29,546 nucleotides of DNA from Anthoceros angustus. Its lineage: Eukaryota > Plantae > Anthocerotophyta. A model generated the notes under the pieces. That model made no database searches, was not told the origin of the DNA, and saw only the letters and a program-made list of their open reading frames with translations. Below are positions 22,212 through 29,546 of the stretch, in pieces (the first letter of the stretch is position 1; the number at the start of each line of letters is the position of its first letter). The stretch is taken from contig VJWM01000371.1 in the NCBI GenBank assembly GCA_010909165.1, forward strand, positions 1 to 29,546, in the 5' to 3' direction. The position numbers and the translations under genes were made by a program.

Positions 22212-22311
22212 AAACCCTAAGAGGCCGGTGTACACACATGTGGTGGGGCCAGCCGGCCGGCCTAGAGTCAGAACCCTATGGCATAACTTTAAAGATCCCA
22301 CAGGTGGGGCC
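22212..22311 (+). promoter_or_regulatory. Telo-box plus TCP/site-II-like motifs upstream of the transposase
   Basis: AAACCCTAA at 22212; GTGGGGCC at 22243 and 22304. Confidence 0.35.
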
Positions 22312-23349
22312 TTGGCCGGTGACGCCCACCTCAAAACTCTTCAAACAGGCGAACCTTTAAGGTTCATACATTGTGGGATACTAGCGCCCACATGGCGAAG
22401 GACCATAGGTAGCACCCTTAATTTATCCATGGTGGGCGCCCGGCCGAGAAGGTGTGTTCGATTTTGCAAATTTCGTGGCGGGTCAAATGCATGTCATTCC
22501 CAAGACGGTGGCCATGGTCGGCGACTCAATTGTTGATCTCATTTGGACGGATGCACAACCGTCGTCGGAGTTTTAGAGGATGATTCGAGCTATGGCGGCG
22601 TCGGCGGGCATAGTCCTTGAAGAGACAGGTGAAAGCAGACTTCAACGGTGGAAGCGATGACGATGCGTGTTCCGGATATGGAGGGGGCGGAGGATATGGT
22701 TGCCCGATGGCGACCTTTTACACGATCCGGAGTCGATGCAGGCGGAGAGGATCGCACAAGAAGAACTCGTGGACGTTTAACCGGATGTCGGTGCTCGGCC
22801 GACGACGCCCGCGGCGGGCCCGGCGTGTGCCACGAGGCGACTCACCATCCATCCGGACTTCTTCTCACCGATGGCGGGCGCATCGCGAAGATGTACCTGT
22901 TGGCGCATTTGGGCGAACCGCGGATAACACCGCCTGCGGCGACAAGGTCGGCCTCCGGCGGATCTTTGGCGGGTCCCAGAATACTATCGAGAATGTGCTA
23001 CACCAGGCGGAACCGGGCAAGACTACGATGTGAGAGTGTTGCGAGTCTCGGACTTTGGTGAGAAGATCCACAACATTGTTGATTTTGGGCTTGGCTTGGA
23101 AACAATATCGCGGGTGATGGAGTTACAAGATCTTGGGAGTCGTCAAGAGCTAATGTGGTCCGTGGTCCCGGATCTTTGTTTGGTGATTGTGATGCCATCC
23201 GGTTGGAGTTGCACGAGATGATGCCTCGCGCACATCCGAAGCCAAAGGTGAGGATTTGCGTGCAACAGCCTGCAGCGTTGCCAGCGTAAAGTACCTCCGG
23301 CCAGCTAGAATGGATTTGGTCTTAGAGAAGCATTGTTCGAGGCCAAGTT

Positions 23350-25660
23350 GTGCGCCGATTTAAAGCGGCATTGTTGTGACAAAAATGTTTAGGCGTGTTG
23401 GCCATTCAAATTGAAGGTGATTAGTGTAGCATTCTTCCGCATGACAAAAGGAGAGCAGAACAGCATTTGCAAGACCATCTGGATCGATCGAAGGCGAAGA
23501 GGAGTTGTTGCCCATAGTATGGATAAACCGGATTCCACATGGGAAGTGTGTGTGAGGGCTTTCAGGGTTTTACGCATTGGGTCACTAAGATACAAGAATG
23601 CAAACCGGTAGTGAAAAATGTTAGATGGACCGTGAGGCTACGGTCTAAAGCAAACGCCATATGGATTACACAGTCATGTGGATGGACGTTTTCTTCAAAA
23701 AGGTCGGAAAGGCGCGAATCGGAAGTCTTCAACTTGCGACTTCGTACGAAGAGGAGATCTTCATTGAGTATGCGGGCGTGAAACGGATCACTGTGCTCCA
23801 CGTTTATTCTGACTACTTTTGCAAGCTTTGGATGAAGTATTTCCGGGTTGTTAAAATACCACGGTGCAACCGGTTTTCAGTCTGTGCAGACTGCGATGAC
23901 CTAAAGAGGAAAATAAAAGACGCAGGGTCGGACCACGTACAAGGTGAGATGGCGGTCCTTATTCCAGGCGTTCACCGGATGTCCGGCGCCGAACTTTGGC
24001 GCAACCCCATTGCCTCATACCCTTTTCTTGTGAATGAAGGGCAGGGCTTGAAATAAACCGTGTGCACATTGCTGACGACCTTGTTGTTGCGTGTGCAGAC
24101 AAGAATGTGGAGCTCGAGACTCCACAGAGAACAACAAAGAGCCGAAAATGGCGCGCACCGGCACAAGTGCTTCGGGCAGGCGGCTAAGTTCATTGGTATT
24201 GCCATAGATGGTATGGACCAAAAAAGCGAGTTGCCCCATTCAGATTGCCAAAGACGGTTGATTCGGAGCCCTTGTCGGGCTTCACGTTCTAGGTGTCTTG
24301 GTGTTCAACTACTTGGTGCGCACAGTGTATTTGAGTTTCCGAATGAGAAATGATCCGAATGGGCTGTAGCCGTGATTGACATGTTATCAATACACGGAGG
24401 GCGCCCCTATTCTATACTTGCATGGACAACACGGCTCAAAACAAGAATCGAGGAATTGGCATATCTCATCCATGCTTGTGGCGAAAGGTATCTTCAAAAA
24501 TCAAGGTGGGGTTTCTTCTTGTTGGCCATACCCACGATCAGATTGACCAAATGTTTTCGAGGTTCTCGGTTGTGCTAGGGTTGAAGGATGCTTTCACATT
24601 GCCGAAATGATAGGGTTCTTTGGAGGCGTACACCCCATCACCGCAGATTCACATCTTGAAGGAGGTGCCGGACTTCAAGACCTATCTATGGCCGAAGGGG
24701 ATCTCGCACGTATGACTTGCATAATCACGATTTTCAACACCAGTTCAAAATAACAAGGAGAAGCGCTATCGGAGAGGACGTGATCTGCTAAGATGCAAGG
24801 AGTTTTCAAGTTCGATCACGGTCACGGAGGGTGGTGTGCGCTACGTTCGGTGCCACCACGGGTGATTGTGGCGCTCCATTGTTGCCGTTGGTCCCATCAC
24901 ATGCCCAAGGTAAAGGAAAGGGACATGCAAAGCGGAAGGATGCCCGATGTCCGTGTCGACGATAGTCTCAAGCGATGGCGTAGTGGCGTGTAGTGGCGGA
25001 GTCCATGAAGTAAAGCGGGCCTAGAACGCACAGCGACATATGAATGTGGAGCAACTATCATGGTGGGATACGTTCGGGATGAGCAGTAGCAATAGCGAGA
25101 GACTAGCGGTGGCATTCCATTCCGTTGGAGATGAATGAATGGTCTTGGTACACTCGAAGAAAAGCGAGGTACCACACAGACCCTCCAGACTCAACTTTGG
25201 TTGATCCGCAATGGCAGACGGATTTTTGGACATGGTGGAGGTGTACAGGGCACATCAAGTGCGGAGGGAGGGCAAGGCGAGGCTCGGTCGGAGGTTGTGT
25301 GAAGGAGATTGAGGAGGGAATGATGGTTCTGTCAAGCGGATGATCCGGGCGAGACCATTCGCTCGCAAAAGTGGTGGAGGTGGACCATGATCTTGGGGTC
25401 CCTTTCATGATAGTTCATTGGTGGCGGACGGAGAACAATGATGCATTCGAGGAAGGTACATGGAGGAGTTTGTGATACAGCGCCCACGGTCGAGGGAAAA
25501 AGTGCGATCAAAGAATGGAGGCGAGGGCGTCGGGAGAAGCATTTGCAAAGCCTCAACTTCCGAGACAAATGTGCTGGCCTATGATTTGTGACAAGGAACA
25601 AGGCGTTGCGGAGGGCGACAATGAAGGCGATAAAGACCAAAGTCTTTGAGTTGCGTTGAG
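23350..25660 (+). pseudogene. Sola-like (DUF7869-type) DDD/E transposase, decayed, with an intron
   Basis: CCDK, VCVRAFRVL, WMDVFF, LWMKYFRVVKIPRCNRFSVCADCD, IAIDGMDQK (24204-24221), LYL.MDNTA.NKN (about 24413-24450), FLLVGHTHDQIDQMFSRFS (about 24512-24568), HQFKI. Several frameshifts. Confidence 0.8.
23944..24098 (+). other. Spliceosomal intron (155 nt) in the transposase
   Basis: AAG|GTGAG donor, CTGAC branch point at 24072-24076, TGTGCAG| acceptor; it interrupts homology between the CxxC motif and the first catalytic Asp. Confidence 0.8.
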
Positions 25661-27986
25661 GTGATGAACGGCGAGGCTTCCGCCGGTGACACGAATGTCA
25701 TGCCCGAAGACATGATTGACTCGAAAGACCTTGACAATGTGGAATCAACGGATGAGTCCACAGACGTGGTGGTGGACCAGCTGGATGGTCTGGACTCTGG
25801 AGAGGAGCCGGACAGTAGGCCACCTAATATTGTCAACTTCCCAGTTCCTTGTACCAGGAATGTTATGTCCCCTCGGGCTTGAATGCAGTGGATTGTTTTC
25901 GTCTTTTCGTGGAAAGGTTTAACAGCTTGCCATCGCATCATTTCTGTTTGTAGGAAGTTGACGGTGTGATAATGTCCGGAGCATGTAAACTGCGACTATG
26001 TAAGAAACCAGATCCCAGCAATCTGGTGCCCTAATTTTGTAACAATGTTCTGGTGGTTTTGTCCAATTGAGAGTGGCTGGCTGCGAGGTTTCAATGGTGA
26101 CCATGCTGGTCATCTGTGTTCTGAGCTTGTAGTGTGGCAAAGTGTCCCCAAAGGATGGTCACAGTCATAGGATGTCCGGTGGCAAAGGTATGTATGCCGC
26201 AAAGCTGCGCGCCTATGTTTTGTTCGGACTCTAGTTGATGTTCCCTGGCATGACTATGGGGTGGAATACTCACCAGTTCCACGCACACAGCGTAAAACGG
26301 TGAGTACAAGGCGGGCTCCAGCGTCTTCCTCCGCCACTTCCACCAGTGTCTTCCTTCCACCTGTGGTTTTGTGCACGCTCATCCCTCCTCCGGCAGAGCC
26401 GTCCTCACGCCATGCTCCTCCACCCTCCTTCCGACCTCGGGTTTATGCGGGTTTTGCCTGTTTGTCGCCCCTCCTCCCACGTCCCATCCATCCAACCTTG
26501 CCTTCAACTAACCTTTTTGGCTCCGGATGAGGACTCAGAGGTGGCTACGAGTCACCACCTCGTATCACAAGGGAGGATGTGGAGGCAAAGAGCGGAGAAG
26601 GATGGAAGTTGCCCATCCAGACTTGTGTGGAGGCCATTTGGGTCTCCACAGCGGGGCGTGGAAAGACGGATGGCGCCATCTCCTTCCATGCGGAGGGTGG
26701 CGGTGGCATCGTAGATTTTCCGGATCTTTGCAGTGAGAGGAAAAAGCCAAGGGGTGGAAGAGGACTATAGGATAGCGAAGGAGGGGTTCACGGAGGCGGC
26801 GAAGGGTGCACTCCAGCGTGCAGAGGAAGGAAGGAGGTGAAGGAAGAGCCGAGGACTGTCCGGTCCCAATTGTTTAGAGCTTCCGTGACCTTGCTGCCCG
26901 TGAGTCCATGCACTTACGCGAATGAAGGTTCTTGCAGGAGGGTCGCCCTTGGGGGGGGCTGGGTGGAAGTGAAGGAGGAGGGTAAGCACTTACCTCTGTT
27001 ACCCGCTTGAGTTGAGCATGGTTGTCGCATGCACTAACGGGCTGTTCATTGTATGGCGGACAGTGATGGGGACACCCTTGGCAAACCGGAGAACCTTGTT
27101 GGAGATAGGAGCGTGAAGTGGGTTACCTAGGTTTTTTTGCAAGCGATCAGACTAGAAGCGGGGCGGGAGGAAGGAGGAGAGGGGTTGGAGGAGGCGTAGT
27201 GGCTTTCTCCATAGCTTTCTCATGGCGTCGAGTTGGGGACGGCAATCACATGATTTTGTGTATGTCAAGTTTTAGCGTCGATGTGCAAGCCATGGTGCCG
27301 TGAAGTGTGAAGCGGAAACGGGGTTTGAGTTTGGGGAATGGATTGGAATGTTTTGTTTGTCAACGGACGGTAGGTGGCTATGAGAGCAGTCAATGTCACA
27401 TGGCATGGACTGAGGCGGTTACATGTGAACTACACCATATCGGTTTTCCAATACTTTATTAGCGAGAAATGTATGCATCAGCATATACTTTGTACCTTGG
27501 GGATGTATATTTGAATAATATTATTCCATGTATTTTACATGGATAACCCTAAGGCCCACAAAGTGAGCCCTAGTGATGCATTCTCCAATTGTGTAACATG
27601 ACGGTCTACACTTTTCCATATGCCGGTTGTAAAGGTAGCTTTGGTCGTAATGTATCCCAAAAGTGACACGATTGAAATAAAGCCTAAATAAATGTTCTAG
27701 TCACTACGCCAAATTTATAAGGATCTCTACTTTTTCTCCCCGAATGCCTCTTTTGTTTAACCATGAGACATCGAGGTGTGGAAATATTGCCAATAAATTT
27801 CAAGTTTTGATGAAGTGGAATGGGTTTGGGTGTACTGTGCGTGGTATTTTTAGCAGCCGTTTCCCACAAACCCTCAAAATCAACGTTTCAAGTTTACTTA
27901 AGCGCAAATTTTGATGTCAAATTTGGCCCGTCTCCTGAAAGTGGAGTGTGTCACTAGCCCTAAGGAGACCCTGTTTTAGATCGAGC

Positions 27987-28459
27987 ATGCAAGATAGGAT
28001 TTGCGGTGAGCGCAACTGCTGATTGGTTGTCACATCTTTAAAGTGTTGCTGAGGGTTGCTGCCAATGTATGCCTTCAAGGAACTGTCTAACCCAAATGAT
28101 TTCACGTGCAGGTAAAGATAATGCTCCGTACTCAGCCTCGGTTGATGAAAGACTCACAATGGTTAGTTTCTTAACTGCCAGCTAATAGCAGAGCCACACA
28201 ACAACAAACAATATGCAGCAATGGATTTATGACTACATCTCAGGCCCAGTCGGCATCAGAAAAGGAGGTAAGGGTAGCATCACCTGTTGTTGTGTACTGC
28301 ATGAAGAAATCCTAGGTTCCTTTCAAGTAACGTAGAATTCGTTTGACCGCTATCCAATGCTTCTGACCAGGATTGGATAGGAACCGGGACACAACTCCGA
28401 CAGCTTGTGAGATGTCAGGACGTAAAGTCGCGGCCTCGTCTGGGGCCTCGACACGCTAG
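27987..28459 (+). CDS. Candidate small multi-exon gene or fragment (exons 27987-28005, 28112-28161, 28219-28267, 28371-28459; 68 aa)
   Basis: Donors GTGAGC, GTTAGT, GTAAGG; acceptors TGCAG (CTAAC branch), TGCAG, ACCAG; the joined frame stays open: [47 protein letters not shown]... The 57-nt intron is short and no domain is recognised. Confidence 0.33.
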
Positions 28460-28933
28460 CTCGATTTTTTTTCGGGGGCTAGAGGGTAGATTTCTAGAGA
28501 GAGAATTGACCATTTGGTCATTTTATTTACTCAATATAGTAAAATCTATTACAATGAGTTCGCTTGGTTCTCTTGGTGTGCTCGTGGCCATTGCACAACC
28601 ATACTTGCGCCCGCTCGGTCTTCATTACGAGGCTATTATCGGTTGGATGACGGTGAAGGCAAGTTCAAGCTTGGCGAGAGGTAGCGGATGGATTGCCATG
28701 CTAGCTACGGGCGTGTGAGTGCTCGGCGGTGGGTAGCCTAAATCCATATTAGAAAGTCCACATGTTGGATTCATACCATGCCACTTGACACGTGGATGTA
28801 ACCCGTCTATAAATGCAATTTACAATCCTGTGTATGCTTGCTTGTATACACATGCTTGGATACGTATGCTTGAATACACACGCTTGAATACGTACTATAG
28901 TGGCACACATGGCTCACTAGTAGAATAAGTCAT

Positions 28934-28996
28934 TTACAACGTCCATACCGTGCTTTACAACGCATGAGGTTGTAAAGCACATTTTGGACGTTGTAA
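28934..28996. repeat. 63-bp nested inverted repeat (two perfect 12-bp stems)
   Basis: TTACAACGTCCA-tacc-GTGCTTTACAAC-gcatgag-GTTGTAAAGCAC-attt-TGGACGTTGTAA. Confidence 0.93.
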
Positions 28997-29010
28997 TATG
29001 TGCTCAAAAA

Positions 29011-29066
29011 TATACCATATTGGTATACCGTATCCATATATGGTATACCATATCCGCATATGGTAA
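29011..29066. repeat. Overlapping TGGTATACCA/CCATATATGG palindromes
   Basis: TATACCA-tat-TGGTATA at 29011-29027; perfect 16-mer ATATGGTATACCATAT at 29038-29053. Confidence 0.8.
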
Positions 29067-29088
29067 TAGGCACATACATGCGACCGTG

Positions 29089-29256
29089 TGGCTCACCAAG
29101 CAAAGAAATTGGCTGAGGCTCGCCAAGAAATTGGGCTCGCCGTGAGGCTCGCCAAGCAAGAAATTGGGCTCGCCGAGGCTCGCCAAGCAAAGAAATTGGG
29201 CTCACCGTGAGGCTCGCCAAGCGGTGAATTGGGCTCACTGTGAGGCTCGCCAAGCT
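29089..29256. repeat. Tandem array of about 5.5 units of 27-34 bp (consensus GGCTCGCCAAGCAAAGAAATTGGGCTCACCGTGA)
   Basis: Unit starts at about 29089, 29117, 29146, 29177, 29211, 29244; a further degenerate copy at about 29356. Confidence 0.92.
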
Positions 29257-29546
29257 GGGGATCAAGCTCGTTGTACGATGGATTGGGCCGGGGTTCTTGG
29301 CGGGGCTCACCATGGGGCTTGCCAGGGATCGCTGTGGATTGGGCCAGATTTACGGGGCTCGCCAAGCAAGGGATCGATCTCGTGGATCGGGCTCGGATTG
29401 CTAAGTAGGTGATCGGGATTGCGCTATCGCCTCGAAATCAAGCACCATGAAGGAGAAAGGACTCAATGAGTGAGTGGCCATTATCCTCTTAGGTCGACAC
29501 AGTTGCCCAAGTCTTGATGGGAGTAGCAGCCCAATTCTTCCCAATT

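Larger units (their letters stand above)
28915..29546 (+). mobile_element. CACTA (EnSpm) DNA transposon terminus and subterminal region; continues beyond the window
   Basis: CACTAGTAGAA at 28915, followed by TTTACAAC repeats in both orientations and further subterminal repeat arrays. The partner TIR is not in the window. Confidence 0.72.

Noticed and set aside
27702-27715. CACTACGCCAAATT as a second CACTA TIR
   Set aside because: No subterminal repeats follow; the matching TGGCGTAGTG sites (about 2845 and 24975) lie upstream in the wrong orientation.
29089-29256. CRISPR-like appearance of the 27-34-bp repeat array
   Set aside because: Units abut without unique spacers, there are no cas genes, and the context is a eukaryotic CACTA subterminus.

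Overview
Eukaryotic, transposon-dense plant DNA (streptophyte; the element types look bryophyte/fern/charophyte-like, but the species cannot be fixed from sequence alone). I see no prokaryotic operon, CRISPR array, rRNA or tRNA. There is one clearly intact gene: an intronless STE20/GCK-III kinase of the plant MAP4K-alpha type (8300-10213, minus). Around it are: a decayed Ty1/copia pol (3.1-6.1 kb, +); the 3' end of a Ty3/gypsy element whose integrase tail carries a PHD finger, followed by a PPT and an LTR pointing at the kinase (11.2-12.7 kb, minus); a second Ty3/gypsy PR-RT-RNaseH fragment fused head-to-head to it (12.7-14.7 kb, +); a decayed minus-strand ORF with a ParB/Srx-like GGNH motif (15.3-17.7 kb); a very GC-rich palindrome/GTGCTAGG array ending in a Helitron-like terminus (20.0-20.3 kb); a decayed intron-containing Sola/DUF7869-like DDD/E transposase with a possible Tudor/BAH-like tail (23.4-25.7 kb, +); a candidate small multi-exon gene (28.0-28.5 kb); and a CACTA terminus with a nested hairpin and subterminal repeats (28.9 kb to the end). 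All family assignments come from motif recognition by eye; no searches were run. The best leads are the transposons carrying possible chromatin-reader modules and the intronless kinase next to an LTR.
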